DNA of 64,000 bases from Rhodospirillaceae bacterium (GTDB lineage: Bacteria > Pseudomonadota > Alphaproteobacteria > UBA6615). The notes under the pieces are model-generated. The model saw only the letters and a program-made list of their open reading frames with translations. It did no database searches and was not told the origin of the DNA. A program made the translations under genes and the position numbers. Shown here piece after piece: positions 30,421 through 41,124 of the stretch (positions are counted from its first letter, which is position 1; every line of letters begins with the position of its first letter). Location of the stretch: positions 342,110-406,109 of the forward strand of contig PASR01000011.1 in the NCBI GenBank assembly GCA_002713365.1, given 5' to 3'.

Positions 30421-31212
30421 ATGGATCTTGGAATATCTGGAAAACGAGCATTTGTCACTGGTGCTAGCCAAGGTATTGGAAGAGCTATCGCTGAAGCATT
30501 GGCTGCCGAGGGCGTTAAAGTAATCATCTCTAGCCGTAATAGAGATAAATGTGCTGAAGAGGCTTTAAATATAGCACAAAAGTATAATACTGAGGCTCAT
30601 GGTATTAGCTGCGATCTATCTAATTCAGAAGATATTGAGCGGGCAGTAAATATGGTTCAGGATTTATATGGAGGAGTAGATATTCTGGTAAATAATACAG
30701 GCGGTCCACCTTTTGGCGCGATCAGTAAAGTTGATGTTAAGACTTGGCGTGATCAATTCGAAAGTATGGTTTTAAGTGTTTTTAGGCTAACTGATCTTAT
30801 ATTACCTGGAATGAGAGCGCAGAATTGGGGGCGTGTAATAATTGTTAGCTCTACTGGAGTTGTGGAACCTATTCCCGAATTAGGAATCTCAAATACCCTA
30901 CGCGTATCCCTGGCCAATTGGGCAAAAACACTGAGTTATGAAATTGCTAAGAATAATATAACTATAAATATGTTAATGCCTGGTAGAATTGGTACTGAAC
31001 GTCTAGAAAATTTATATAAGATGAATATGGAGCGTACAGGAAAGACTATCGAACAAGTTAAAAAAGATGTTGCTTCAGTTATACCCATAGGAAGAGTTGG
31101 CCGTCCGGAAGAATTTGCATCACTTGCTGTATTTTTAGCCAGTGAAAATGCGAGTTATATAACTGGCACGGCAACGCCTATAGATGGAGGTTTAACTCGC
31201 AGTATTTTATAA
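30421..31212 (+). CDS. SDR family oxidoreductase (FabG-like)
   Basis: AFVTGASQGIGRAIA...NNTG motifs. Confidence 0.85.
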   Translation: MDLGISGKRAFVTGASQGIGRAIAEALAAEGVKVIISSRNRDKCAEEALNIAQKYNTEAHGISCDLSNSEDIERAVNMVQDLYGGVDILVNNTGGPPFGAISKVDVKTWRDQFESMVLSVFRLTDLILPGMRAQNWGRVIIVSSTGVVEPIPELGISNTLRVSLANWAKTLSYEIAKNNITINMLMPGRIGTERLENLYKMNMERTGKTIEQVKKDVASVIPIGRVGRPEEFASLAVFLASENASYITGTATPIDGGLTRSIL

Positions 31213-31403
31213 TTGTATTAGATTGGTGTACGTTTCATAAAATCCTTTAAATAAAAAAACTCTAACAAATAATTTTCGTAAGCATAATTATGTCTTTGTA
31301 TTTTACGTTAATGTTCTATGTAGGACATAATATTTTTTTCGCGTTTTATTAATTTATCATCACATATAATAAATACCCTTATAATATTTAAGGAGGTTTT
31401 CTT

Positions 31404-32036
31404 ATGAAGCTATACACAGTGCCTGGTGCTCCTAATCCAACTAAAGTAATGCTTTATATAGCCGAGCGTGAGGAAATGGGAGTGTCTATGAAAATTGAGC
31501 AAGTACTGGTGAATCCTATTAAGGGGGAACAAAAAAAGCCCGAGCATTTATTGCGTAATGAGTTTGGAGCCCTACCGGTTCTCGAACTAGACGACGGAAG
31601 ATTTATAGTTGAGTCTCTTGCTATTATATATTTTCTAGAAGATTTATTCCCTGAGAATAATATGATAGGAATAGATGTTACTGAAAGGGGTTTGGCAAGA
31701 GACATTGAAAGAAATATTGAGTTTAGGTTCTCTAATATTGTTGGAGAGTATATACATGCAACGAATTCTCCTTTGGGATTAGAACCTAATCCAGGTGTAG
31801 CAGCTAAACTCAAGAATATATTTCCAAAAGCACTTGTTTATATTGAAAAAATACTAAGTGACGGCCGTGATTTGCTAGGAGGTGAAAAACCCTCTATTGC
31901 TGATTGCACTCTCCAGTCTGCGCTGCAGTTTGCACGTTTTGCAAAGGTAGAGGTGATTAATGGCTATCCTTTAGTACAGGAATGGGATAAGCGCTACCGT
32001 CAGCGTCCTGCAGCTAAATTGGTTCTAAAATTTTAG
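31404..32036 (+). CDS. Glutathione S-transferase
   Basis: Strong SD AAGGAGG. Thioredoxin-like N-terminal domain followed by a helical C-terminal domain. Confidence 0.75.
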   Translation: MKLYTVPGAPNPTKVMLYIAEREEMGVSMKIEQVLVNPIKGEQKKPEHLLRNEFGALPVLELDDGRFIVESLAIIYFLEDLFPENNMIGIDVTERGLARDIERNIEFRFSNIVGEYIHATNSPLGLEPNPGVAAKLKNIFPKALVYIEKILSDGRDLLGGEKPSIADCTLQSALQFARFAKVEVINGYPLVQEWDKRYRQRPAAKLVLKF

Positions 32037-32127
32037 ACTTAAATAATTTAGTAACTTTTTTATTTTAAATTAGATTAAAAAATTAAATTTATATTTCTAT
32101 TTATAAGTAGACTTATCCATTTTTTAA

Positions 32128-33771
32128 TTATTTGTTTTTTTCTAAGATTATTTTTGTGAGCATAGCTGGTGAGTCAATATCTATTAGAATACCATTATCT
32201 GGCATTTCGACTTCGTGAACTATTTCAGAATTATTACTGAGGAGTTGTTTAGCACCAATGTCGCCTTCTATTTCTTCCATTTCCGCAAAAAAACGATTAG
32301 CCCAAAGAACTGGATTTCCCCTTTTGCCATTCCATGTTGGTGTACAAATCGCACGCCCAGTATCAGCCGAATATGCCTCTATTAATAATTTAATATGATT
32401 AGTATTTACCTTGGGCATGTCTCCAAGAGAAATTATTACCGCATTACAATCATCAGGAATATTTCTTATGCCCGTCTTTAGAGAACTACTTAGGCCGTCA
32501 GCGTAAGAGGTATTATGGACAAATATTACATCAGATGTCTTTAGTTCTTCTCTAATTCTTTCTGACTCATAACCAGTTACAACAATTATCGGTTTAGCAC
32601 CTGATTTATGTAACGTTTGAACTGCATGACTAATCATTGTTTTTCCGTCTATCTTAGCTAGTAGCTTATTTACTACCCCCATGCGTGTAGATTTACCTGC
32701 GGCCATAACCATGCCCGCTATCTTGGGCTTTGTTGAACTATTATGATTATTACTTTTATAAGGTGCAGCTTCAGCTCGAGGTAGAGGCCTATTTGAACTT
32801 TCTTTAAGAAGACCACCAGTTCCCATAGACCTGATACTTGTAGCATCTAATGGTAGTCCTGCCAGTAATCTCTGAAGAATTAGATCATTACCACCTATCT
32901 TTGGAGATCTTGCAGATCCTGGTAGTGCTAAAATAGGTATTTTATCTATGTGGGCAATTAATAAAAGATTTCCTGGGTCCACGGGCATCCCAAAGTGATC
33001 TATAGATCCACCTGCTGTTTCGATACCTTCAGGTATAACGTCTCGACGGTCAGTAGTAGCTGAGGCACCCATTATTAATATTACTTCTGCTCCAGTGTTA
33101 ATTATGTCTTGCAGATGTCCAGCAATTGAATTGTGGTTATGTTCGCATTTTTTTTCAATTGTTAGCTGGCTACCAAGGCTGTTTAGCTTGGCATCTAGCA
33201 CGGCGGTTGTTTTATCTAAAATTTTAGTTTTTATTCCTGGGAGAGTCGTTTGTAACAAGGCTACTTTCCTGGCTCGCAAGGACAAAATATCTATTAAAAA
33301 GCTATGATCACTAGCTAATTTTTGAACTGAATTTAAATCTTTCAGTGATACTGCAAACGGTATAATCTTTATTGTTGCAACAATCTGATTAAGAACTACT
33401 TTTTCATGCAGATTAAGCGTAGCAATTGTTATTCCTTCGTTAACAGCATTAATAGCATTAATATGCTCGGGATTAAAATTGACAAGCCCATCAGAAGCGG
33501 CAAATAAATTAATTCTGCCAGTGTTAGCTATACTTAGACGAATATTTTCACCAGCTAGTATATTCCCTAGAATTTGTGCAGCATCATTTTCTCTAATATC
33601 ATCACTTTCTAATTCGGCAATAGTAATATTAATTATACCAGAATTAGAGATGGCGTTAATGTCTTCTTCAGTGAGAATCTGGCCTTTTCGGTAGCGTTTA
33701 CCGCCCAAGGTTTGACTATGTGCTAGAGTTGCACCGAGAGCACTATTAACTGGAACGGGTCCAAACTTCAT
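32128..33771 (-). CDS. mocA: Fusion protein: molybdopterin-binding (MoCF/CinA-like) domain plus MocA-like molybdenum cofactor cytidylyltransferase domain
   Basis: The C-terminal roughly 200 aa begin GMVMAAGKSTRMG..NKLL, the MobA/MocA NTP-transferase signature. The N-terminal roughly 330 aa resemble a molybdopterin-binding domain. Sits next to an Mo-hydroxylase cluster that needs the MCD cofactor. Confidence 0.7.
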   Translation of the reverse strand: MKFGPVPVNSALGATLAHSQTLGGKRYRKGQILTEEDINAISNSGIINITIAELESDDIRENDAAQILGNILAGENIRLSIANTGRINLFAASDGLVNFNPEHINAINAVNEGITIATLNLHEKVVLNQIVATIKIIPFAVSLKDLNSVQKLASDHSFLIDILSLRARKVALLQTTLPGIKTKILDKTTAVLDAKLNSLGSQLTIEKKCEHNHNSIAGHLQDIINTGAEVILIMGASATTDRRDVIPEGIETAGGSIDHFGMPVDPGNLLLIAHIDKIPILALPGSARSPKIGGNDLILQRLLAGLPLDATSIRSMGTGGLLKESSNRPLPRAEAAPYKSNNHNSSTKPKIAGMVMAAGKSTRMGVVNKLLAKIDGKTMISHAVQTLHKSGAKPIIVVTGYESERIREELKTSDVIFVHNTSYADGLSSSLKTGIRNIPDDCNAVIISLGDMPKVNTNHIKLLIEAYSADTGRAICTPTWNGKRGNPVLWANRFFAEMEEIEGDIGAKQLLSNNSEIVHEVEMPDNGILIDIDSPAMLTKIILEKNK

Positions 33772-33866
33772 ATTATTGTTACCACTCGGATAAAGGACAA
33801 AATGATTATATAACTATTAAAACATAAACGTATTTTTTAAAATAAACAAAATAATAGGAGTTTAAT

Positions 33867-34457
33867 ATGCATTGGATGATTAAATGTCGATCTAAATCAG
33901 GTACTGATGAATTGCGAACGGCAACAATACCCTCTCATATAGCTAATTTAGATAAATTTAAGGATTCAACTTGGTTTTCTGGTCCAATATTTACTGATGA
34001 CGGTAGTTCAGCTATTGGTAGCCTCCGGTTTATTGAGTTTTCAGACCGTATCGGGGCTCAGGAGTATATAGAATCAGATCCATATACTACTGAAGGAATT
34101 TTTGAAACTATAATTGTAGAAAGATGGAGACCCTCTTTAAATCACCGTCAACTCACTTATTCGCGTAAAGATGAAACCCAACAATTTATATTATATTGCA
34201 AAGATGTAGCGGGTAGCTCGTCTATACGTAAATTATTACGAGAAAAACATCATGAATATTTAAATAGTTTATCTGAAAAAATTATAGCTCGTGGTCCGCT
34301 GTTACACGATAATAGTGATGAAATAATAGGAAGCGCATGTCTTTTAGATGTGTCTGATAGAAAAGAGGCTGAAGAACTATGGGCTAATGAGCCATATAAT
34401 ATGGCTGGTGTTTACAATCAAATAACAATTGAGAGGTGGATGTTTGGACATGTGTAA
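33867..34457 (+). CDS. Tandem YciI-like (YCII-related) domain protein
   Basis: 196 aa. Two repeats of roughly 95 aa, each ending in an E.W motif (IIVERWRP and ITIERWMF). SD AGGAG. Confidence 0.55.
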   Translation: MHWMIKCRSKSGTDELRTATIPSHIANLDKFKDSTWFSGPIFTDDGSSAIGSLRFIEFSDRIGAQEYIESDPYTTEGIFETIIVERWRPSLNHRQLTYSRKDETQQFILYCKDVAGSSSIRKLLREKHHEYLNSLSEKIIARGPLLHDNSDEIIGSACLLDVSDRKEAEELWANEPYNMAGVYNQITIERWMFGHV

Positions 34458-34462
34458 AATAT

Positions 34463-35143
34463 CTATTTAGCATGTAGTGCTTTTGTGATTTCTGCCATAA
34501 TAGAGATTGCAATTTCTGCAGGGCTTTTTGATCCAATATCTAGTCCTATAGGGCCATGTATTCGTGAAATTTGATGTTCATCAAATCCAGAATCTTTTAA
34601 CCTTTCTTTACGTTTTAAATGGGTGTTTTTGCTACCTAGAGAACCAATATAAAAAGCATTTGATCGAAGTGCAACTTCTAGAGCTGGATCATCTAATTTA
34701 GGGTCATGGGTTAATGTTACAACCGCCGTTCTATTATCCACTCCCAGTGATATAAGAGCTTCGTCTGGCCAATCTTCATTCAGATCAACGTTTGGAAATC
34801 TAGAGCCAGTAGCAAAGGCTCCTCGTGGGTCAACAATTGTTACTGAAAACCCAGCAGTTTTACCTATCTCTACAAGAGGTTGAGCTATATGAACTGCACC
34901 TACGATTATTAGACGTTTAGGCGGATTAAAAACTTGGATAAAAACCTCACCGTTGCGTCTACTGGAGTCATCACTAAGTGAAGCTCGAGCCAATTCAGCA
35001 ATATCGTCTGTAATACTTAATAAACCGCTAACTCTATCTTCGTAGACAATGCATTGATTACCCGTTTTTAATTCAGAAACTAACGCTATAGGTTTTTTGT
35101 TCTCTATAGCTATCAATATTTCATTTAGTATCTTTTTGTTCAT
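34463..35143 (-). CDS. xdhC: XdhC/CoxI family accessory protein, C-terminal Rossmann-like domain
   Basis: 226 aa. LIIVGAVHIAQPL...TIVDPR is typical of the XdhC C-terminal domain. Confidence 0.75.
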   Translation of the reverse strand: MNKKILNEILIAIENKKPIALVSELKTGNQCIVYEDRVSGLLSITDDIAELARASLSDDSSRRNGEVFIQVFNPPKRLIIVGAVHIAQPLVEIGKTAGFSVTIVDPRGAFATGSRFPNVDLNEDWPDEALISLGVDNRTAVVTLTHDPKLDDPALEVALRSNAFYIGSLGSKNTHLKRKERLKDSGFDEHQISRIHGPIGLDIGSKSPAEIAISIMAEITKALHAK

Positions 35144-35149
35144 TGAAAT

Positions 35150-35497
35150 TTACTCAACTCGTTCCAAATAAACTTCAACTTTGCCACCGCACGCAAGTCC
35201 TACTTCCCAAGCCATTTCATCACTAACACCAAAAGAAAGTACTCTAGGTTTGTTATCATTCATTACTTCTTTTGCATTATGGACCACTGCGCCTTCTATA
35301 CATCCTCCGGATACGGAACCAATCATATTTCCGTCCTCATCAACACCTAATTGACTGCCAACTGGGCGAGGGGAGGAACCCCAAGTATTAATAACGGTAG
35401 CTATAGCTACTTCTTTACCTTCATTTCGCCATTTAGACACCTGTATAAGTACATCATCATGGCCATAATTTTTTGTATGTTTAAGGGTGTCATTCAT
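35150..35497 (-). CDS. xdhC: XdhC/CoxF family accessory protein, N-terminal domain
   Basis: 115 aa. XdhC_CoxI N-domain pattern (VAIATVINTWGSSPRPVGSQLGVDEDGNMIGSVSGGCIEGAV). Separated from the C-terminal ORF by a single in-frame TAA. Confidence 0.7.
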   Translation of the reverse strand: MNDTLKHTKNYGHDDVLIQVSKWRNEGKEVAIATVINTWGSSPRPVGSQLGVDEDGNMIGSVSGGCIEGAVVHNAKEVMNDNKPRVLSFGVSDEMAWEVGLACGGKVEVYLERVE

Positions 35498-36792
35498 TCT
35501 GTGGCCTCCAATAAACGTTGTATATTTGATCTATCAATTGATTCATTACTTAACGCTCTTGTGAGTTGATCTAAACTTTCCAAATTATGTACTGAACGAA
35601 AGTCATCTACATTAGGAAGTAGAGCGCGTGCTCCCAATGATTTTGGTTCGTATCTATCATACCTTAACAAAGGATTAAGCCATATTAAGCGACGACAAGA
35701 TTTATGTAACCGTACAACTTCGTCTTCTAGCCCTTCTGCAGCATCTCTATCTAAGCCATCAGTTATTAGTAAAACCACAGCGCCTTGAGATAGTGAGCGT
35801 CTTGACCATTTTAAATTAAATTCACGTAAACTATTTCCAATTCGTGTACCACCAGACCAATCATCAACGGCACCTGTCACTCTGTCTAGGGCATCATCAA
35901 CATCTTTGTAACGCAAGTATCGTGTTACATTTGTTAACCTAGTTCCAAATAAAAAAGTATTTACCCTATCTCTATCATTTGTAATGGCATGCATAAAGTG
36001 AAGTATCATTCGTGAATATCTACTCATAGAGCCAGAGATATCGCAGAGAACTACTAGTGGAGGGTGACGTCTTATTCTTTTACGATAATTAAGAGATATA
36101 GTTGACCCGCCAGATCGAAGAGAAGAACGCAAGGTAGCCCGCATATCGATTCGGTCTCCTGTAGAATCTCTTTTAAACCTTCTTGTTGGGACTTCCATTA
36201 TAGGAAGCTTAAACTTTTTGATAGCTCTTTTAGCTAAAGATAATTCTTCAGATGACATTTTCTCAAAGTCCATTTCTTGTAGTAATTCTCTAGCTGACCA
36301 TGTCATCACAGCATCAATCGTCAAGTCTGGTTCGCTATCATCCTGCGAGCTATCTTGATCATTATCGGGTTTATCTCCTTTAAGTGCTTCTGCTAACCGT
36401 CTATTAATTTCTTCAGTATCATTTTGTTGTTCATTATCTACAAGCGAGGGCAGAATTAGTGCATTCATTCTTTCTAATATTTTTGGGTTGCGCCAAAAGA
36501 TATGGAAAGCTTGATCAAATATTTCTCGTTGATCTCGTCGGTTTACAAAAACTGCATGTAAGCCCCAATAGAAGTCTTCACGATTACCTAGTCCCGTTGC
36601 CTCTACTGCTTTAAATCCGTCGAGTACTTTTCCAGGGCCAACAGGTATGCCGGCAGCTCGAAGAACTCTCGCAAAATGCATAATATTGGCTGCGATTTTT
36701 CCGCTTGCGCTTGTCTTGTTTTCAATACTATCTAGCATCTCTTTTGCTGATATAACTTCTCGACTGCCTTTGGGTATTGATTTCTTTGACAT
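35494..36792 (-). CDS. coxE: CoxE-type VWA domain protein (Mo-hydroxylase maturation)
   Basis: 432 aa. C-terminal VWA fold (VVLCDISGSM with a MIDAS DxSxS-like motif). Position after coxD. Confidence 0.8.
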   Translation of the reverse strand: MSKKSIPKGSREVISAKEMLDSIENKTSASGKIAANIMHFARVLRAAGIPVGPGKVLDGFKAVEATGLGNREDFYWGLHAVFVNRRDQREIFDQAFHIFWRNPKILERMNALILPSLVDNEQQNDTEEINRRLAEALKGDKPDNDQDSSQDDSEPDLTIDAVMTWSARELLQEMDFEKMSSEELSLAKRAIKKFKLPIMEVPTRRFKRDSTGDRIDMRATLRSSLRSGGSTISLNYRKRIRRHPPLVVLCDISGSMSRYSRMILHFMHAITNDRDRVNTFLFGTRLTNVTRYLRYKDVDDALDRVTGAVDDWSGGTRIGNSLREFNLKWSRRSLSQGAVVLLITDGLDRDAAEGLEDEVVRLHKSCRRLIWLNPLLRYDRYEPKSLGARALLPNVDDFRSVHNLESLDQLTRALSNESIDRSNIQRLLEATE

Positions 36793-36796
36793 TTTA

Positions 36797-37723
36797 TTAG
36801 CTTGTTGAAAGCTGTCTGGCGGCTACCTCATTTTTAATCTGATCGAGTATTAAGGCCGCTTCACTTCCTCGAATTTGGGCAATGTCGTCTTGGTATTTTA
36901 ATAACACTCCCAGAGTATCGTCTATAGCTTCTGGTGTTAATTCAATTACATCTAATTGGTTAAGTGCTGATGCCCAATCTATAGTTTCAGCAATACCTGG
37001 TAACTTAAAGAGGTCCATTTCTCGTAACTTCTGTACAAACGTAACAACCTGACCACTTAACCTTGTTTCCACTTGTGGTGCCTTAATTTTTAAAATTTCC
37101 ATTTCTCGAACCGCATCTGGATAATCTACCCAGTAATAAAAGCAGCGCCTTTTTAAAGCGTCATGTATCTCTCTTGTTCGGTTTGAAGTAATTACTACAA
37201 TCGGGGGGTCTTGAGCTGTAATAGTTCCTATTTCAGGAACAGTAATTTGAAAGTCAGATAGTACTTCAAGGAGATAGGCTTCGAAGGGTTCGTCCGTGCG
37301 ATCTAGTTCATCAATCAATAAGACAGGTGATCCTTCTGTAGAATGTTCAAGGGCTTGAAGTAAAGGTCGTTTAACTAAAAAACGATCCGAGAATATATCT
37401 TTCCCTAATTGATTTCTGTCCTCTATTCCTTGAGCTTCTGCCAATCGGATTTCTATCATTTGAGATGTATAGTTCCATTCATATACCGCAGAGGCTACAT
37501 CCAATCCTTCATAACATTGAAGTCGAACTAGCTTCCGACCAAGTGTCTCAGCTAAAACTTTTGCTATCTCAGTTTTTCCTACGCCTGCCTCTCCTTCTAA
37601 GAATAAGGGTCTTTTCAGTTGTAAGGCGAGATGAACTGCTGTTCCCAGGCTTCTATCTGATATATAATTGCCCTTGGATAGCAGTTCCATGGTAGTTTCA
37701 ACGTTCTCTGGTAAATTTATCAA
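36797..37723 (-). CDS. coxD: CoxD-type MoxR-family AAA+ ATPase
   Basis: 308 aa. Walker A GEAGVGKT, Walker B LLIDELDR. Confidence 0.85.
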   Translation of the reverse strand: MINLPENVETTMELLSKGNYISDRSLGTAVHLALQLKRPLFLEGEAGVGKTEIAKVLAETLGRKLVRLQCYEGLDVASAVYEWNYTSQMIEIRLAEAQGIEDRNQLGKDIFSDRFLVKRPLLQALEHSTEGSPVLLIDELDRTDEPFEAYLLEVLSDFQITVPEIGTITAQDPPIVVITSNRTREIHDALKRRCFYYWVDYPDAVREMEILKIKAPQVETRLSGQVVTFVQKLREMDLFKLPGIAETIDWASALNQLDVIELTPEAIDDTLGVLLKYQDDIAQIRGSEAALILDQIKNEVAARQLSTS

Positions 37724-37865
37724 TACACGCTCTCAAATTTAGAGGTTAACCAAGCTGTGGTTTGGTAAAGCAACTGCAGCGTTATCTTGGTGAGATAATG
37801 TTTAATTATATCCTATGAGATCAATATTAAAGCTTATATTTCTCATTGAAAGATAAGACCAAAAT

Positions 37866-37904
37866 TAAAAAAAAACGGCCGGAGCAATTAAGAAATCCGG
37901 CCGA
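37866..37904 (-). terminator. Rho-independent terminator downstream of coxM
   Basis: On the minus strand: CGGCCGGA-loop-TCCGGCCG hairpin (37876-37903) followed immediately by a 9-nt U-tract (A-tract 37867-37875 on the plus strand). Confidence 0.7.
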
Positions 37905-37923
37905 TTTAAACAATAACTTATAC

Positions 37924-38718
37924 CTAGGCAGCAGCTGCGGCACGGCTTGCCATAATTGAGATTAGGTGAGCCCTGTATTCTGCTGAAGCATGAATATCAC
38001 TATTTAGTCCATCTGCCGCTACTTTTACTGTCTTTGCAGCCGCTGCATCTAGATTATTCCCTAGTGCTTTCTCAATATCTGTTGCACGAAAGACCCCAGT
38101 GTCGCTTGCACCTGTAACCGCAGCTCTTGTTTCTCCATTAGTTTTTGCAACCATCACTCCCACAATTGCATAGCGAGAGGCAGGGTTCGGAAATTTTGCA
38201 TAAGCTGCTTTGTCTGGAATTGGAAACTTAACTGCTGTAACGAGCTCACCATCTTCTAGCGACGTTTCAAATAAATTTGTAAAAAAATCTTCTGCTGAGA
38301 TCTCACGATTATTTGTAATTATAGTTGCATTTAGACCAAGACACCCTGCTGGATAGTCAGCCGCTGGGTCATTATTTGATATCGAGCCACCTATAGTACC
38401 ACGGTTGCGAACCTGTGGGTCCCCTATATTACTAGCGAGTTCGGCTAAAGCTGGAATCTTAGATCTGACTATATCGGAATCGGCTACCGTTGCATGAGTA
38501 GTCATAGCACCTATGGTGATAGAGTCACCATTGTCGGTAACTCCGACCATATCTGCAATTTCAGATAAATCTATTAAGTCACTTGGTTGGGCCAGACGTT
38601 GTTTCAGGGTTGGAATTAGTGTCATTCCTCCTGCAAGATAGCTGCCGTCATCAGCTGATTGACGAGCAGAAATGGCTTCTTCTTGGGAATTTGCTTTCTG
38701 ATAATTGAAATTATACAT
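37924..38718 (-). CDS. coxM: Mo-hydroxylase FAD-binding medium subunit (CoxM/XdhB-like)
   Basis: 264 aa. FAD-binding-5 / CO dehydrogenase flavoprotein domains (AGGMTLIP, GTIGGSI). Confidence 0.85.
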   Translation of the reverse strand: MYNFNYQKANSQEEAISARQSADDGSYLAGGMTLIPTLKQRLAQPSDLIDLSEIADMVGVTDNGDSITIGAMTTHATVADSDIVRSKIPALAELASNIGDPQVRNRGTIGGSISNNDPAADYPAGCLGLNATIITNNREISAEDFFTNLFETSLEDGELVTAVKFPIPDKAAYAKFPNPASRYAIVGVMVAKTNGETRAAVTGASDTGVFRATDIEKALGNNLDAAAAKTVKVAADGLNSDIHASAEYRAHLISIMASRAAAAA

Positions 38719-38751
38719 AATTTTCTTTCCTAACGGATATGATAAAATATT

Positions 38752-41115
38752 TTATTGAGCTTTTTGGATGGCTTGCCATACTTTTAATGGTGAAGCAGGC
38801 ATTGATATATCACTAACACCCAGTGGGTTAAGAGCATCTAATATTGCATTTATAACTGCTGGTGGTGAACCAATAGCACCAACTTCACCTACCCCTTTAA
38901 CTTCTAGAGGATTAGAGGCTCCAAGAACACTTTGGGTGCTGACGTTAAAGTTAGGCATATTATCAGCTCTAGGCATAGTGTAATCCATATATGATCCGGT
39001 CAGTAGCTGACCAGATTCATCGTATACACAGCCTTCTAGCAAAGCCTGTCCTATGCCTTGGGCTAATCCGCCCTGTACTTGTCCTTCGACGATCATAGGA
39101 TTAATCACTCTTCCAACATCATCAACAGCAGTAAAGTTATTTATTTCTATCTCACCAGTTTCTGGATCTACTTCAACTTCACATATATGGCAGCCTGCAG
39201 GGAAACTAAAATTAAGTGGATCATAAAAAGCGTTTTCATCGAGACCAGGTTCAATTTCTTCAATTGGATAGTTATGGGGAACATAAGCTGCAAGCGAAAC
39301 TTCAGCAAACGATAGTTCCCGGTCAGTACCCGATATTTGGAAGACTCCGTCTTTGAACTCTACATCGGATTCTGAGGCTTCTAAGATATGTGCTGCTATT
39401 TTTTTTGCTTTTTCAATTATTTTATTGCATGCGTTTAATATTGCCGGTCCGCCGACTGCCATGGACCTTGAGCCATATGTGCCCATACCAAACTGAACCT
39501 CTCCAGTGTCCCCATGACTTATTTCTACTTGATCTACTTCAATACCAAAGCTTTCTGCAACTAGTTGTGCAAAGGTAGTTTCGTGGCCTTGTCCATGGTT
39601 GTGTGTTCCGGTGTAGACTGTAACAGAGCCCGTTGGGTGAACACGTACTTGAGCAGATTCATATAGTCCCGCTCTAGCTCCTAATGCCCCTGCAACTGCC
39701 GATGGTGCAATACCACAGGCCTCAATGTAAGTTGATATACCAATACCTCTACATTTGCCTCTAGATTCTGAATCGGATTTTCTATCTGCAAAACCTTCAT
39801 AATCAGCCGACTTTAATGCAGTATTGAAAGATGCTGGGTAGTCACCAACATCATATTGTAGAGCAACAGGTGTTTGGTATGGAAATTGATCCGATTGAAT
39901 CATGTTTTTCTTTCGAATTTCCACAGGATCTATTCCAGTTTCATTTGCCGCTTTATTAACTAGTCGTTCAAGCAAATAAGTACACTCAGGTCTTCCTGCT
40001 CCACGATAAGCATCAACTGGAACAGTGTTAGTAAAGACGGTCTTAACTTCACAATAAATATTAGGTGTGGTGTAGACACCTGCCATGAGTGTTGCGTAGA
40101 GATAAGTTGGAACACTTGAACCAAAAGTTGATAGGTAAGCTCCAATGTTCGCGTTGGTACTGACTCTTAGGCCTAAAAACCTGCCACTTTTGTCTAACGC
40201 TAAGTCAGCACTAGTCTCATGATCTCGTCCATGTGCATCAGTAATGAAAGCTTCTGATCTTTCAGCAGTCCATTTTATAGGTTGTGATACTTTCGCTGAT
40301 GCCCAGGTTAGTATTGCTTCTTCAGCATAATGAAAGATTTTAGAACCAAATCCACCACCAACATCATGAGATATTATTCGTAATTTGTGCTCGGGTATTT
40401 GTAACACAAATGCCCCCATCAATAATCGAATAACGTGAGGGTTCTGTGTGGTTGTATTAAGCGTATACTTGCCTGTAGCTGAATTATATTCAGCTACAGC
40501 AGCGCGGGGTTCCATAGCGTTAGGGATAAGTCTATTATTTACTACTTCAATTGAAACAATATGGTCTGCCTCTTCAAAGGCTGCGTCTGTTGACTCTTTA
40601 TCTCCTAACTCCCAATCGAAGCATATATTACTAGGAACATCATCATGCACTGGCAGTGCATCTTTGCTAAGAGAATCATTCATCATAATTGATGCTTTTA
40701 AAACCTCATAGTCAACAGATATTAGTTCAGATCCATCTCGGGCTTGCGCTTTTGTTTCGGCAATAACAATGGCAACCTGATCTCCCACATGGCGTACCTT
40801 TTCGAAGGCCATAGGTGGATGCGCGGGTTCATTCATAGGTGATCCGTCTTTATTATGTATTTGCCAGCCACACGGAATGCTACCAACTTCATCAGATGCC
40901 ATATCTGCACCAGTGAAAATTGCAATTACTCCAGGCGCTTCTTTAGCTTTTTTTATGTCAACACTTTTTATACGGGCGTGCGCGTGAGGAGAACGTAATA
41001 TCCAAGCGTATAATTGGCCCGGTTGATTAATGTCATCCGTATAATTTCCACGTCCAGTTAAAAAACGTCTATCTTCAACTCTTTTAACTGGGACACCGAT
41101 GCCGGTCTCGCTCAT
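38752..41115 (-). CDS. coxL: Mo-hydroxylase large subunit, form II CODH-like (CoxL-II); substrate uncertain
   Basis: 787 aa. The active-site loop reads AYRGAGR (form II signature), not the form I VAYRCSFR. Confidence 0.85.
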   Translation of the reverse strand: MSETGIGVPVKRVEDRRFLTGRGNYTDDINQPGQLYAWILRSPHAHARIKSVDIKKAKEAPGVIAIFTGADMASDEVGSIPCGWQIHNKDGSPMNEPAHPPMAFEKVRHVGDQVAIVIAETKAQARDGSELISVDYEVLKASIMMNDSLSKDALPVHDDVPSNICFDWELGDKESTDAAFEEADHIVSIEVVNNRLIPNAMEPRAAVAEYNSATGKYTLNTTTQNPHVIRLLMGAFVLQIPEHKLRIISHDVGGGFGSKIFHYAEEAILTWASAKVSQPIKWTAERSEAFITDAHGRDHETSADLALDKSGRFLGLRVSTNANIGAYLSTFGSSVPTYLYATLMAGVYTTPNIYCEVKTVFTNTVPVDAYRGAGRPECTYLLERLVNKAANETGIDPVEIRKKNMIQSDQFPYQTPVALQYDVGDYPASFNTALKSADYEGFADRKSDSESRGKCRGIGISTYIEACGIAPSAVAGALGARAGLYESAQVRVHPTGSVTVYTGTHNHGQGHETTFAQLVAESFGIEVDQVEISHGDTGEVQFGMGTYGSRSMAVGGPAILNACNKIIEKAKKIAAHILEASESDVEFKDGVFQISGTDRELSFAEVSLAAYVPHNYPIEEIEPGLDENAFYDPLNFSFPAGCHICEVEVDPETGEIEINNFTAVDDVGRVINPMIVEGQVQGGLAQGIGQALLEGCVYDESGQLLTGSYMDYTMPRADNMPNFNVSTQSVLGASNPLEVKGVGEVGAIGSPPAVINAILDALNPLGVSDISMPASPLKVWQAIQKAQ

Positions 41116-41124
41116 TGTTCTATC

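Noticed and set aside
38768-40711. Five 61-87-aa ORFs inside the coxL span
   Set aside because: All are antisense or out-of-frame within the 787-aa coxL gene.
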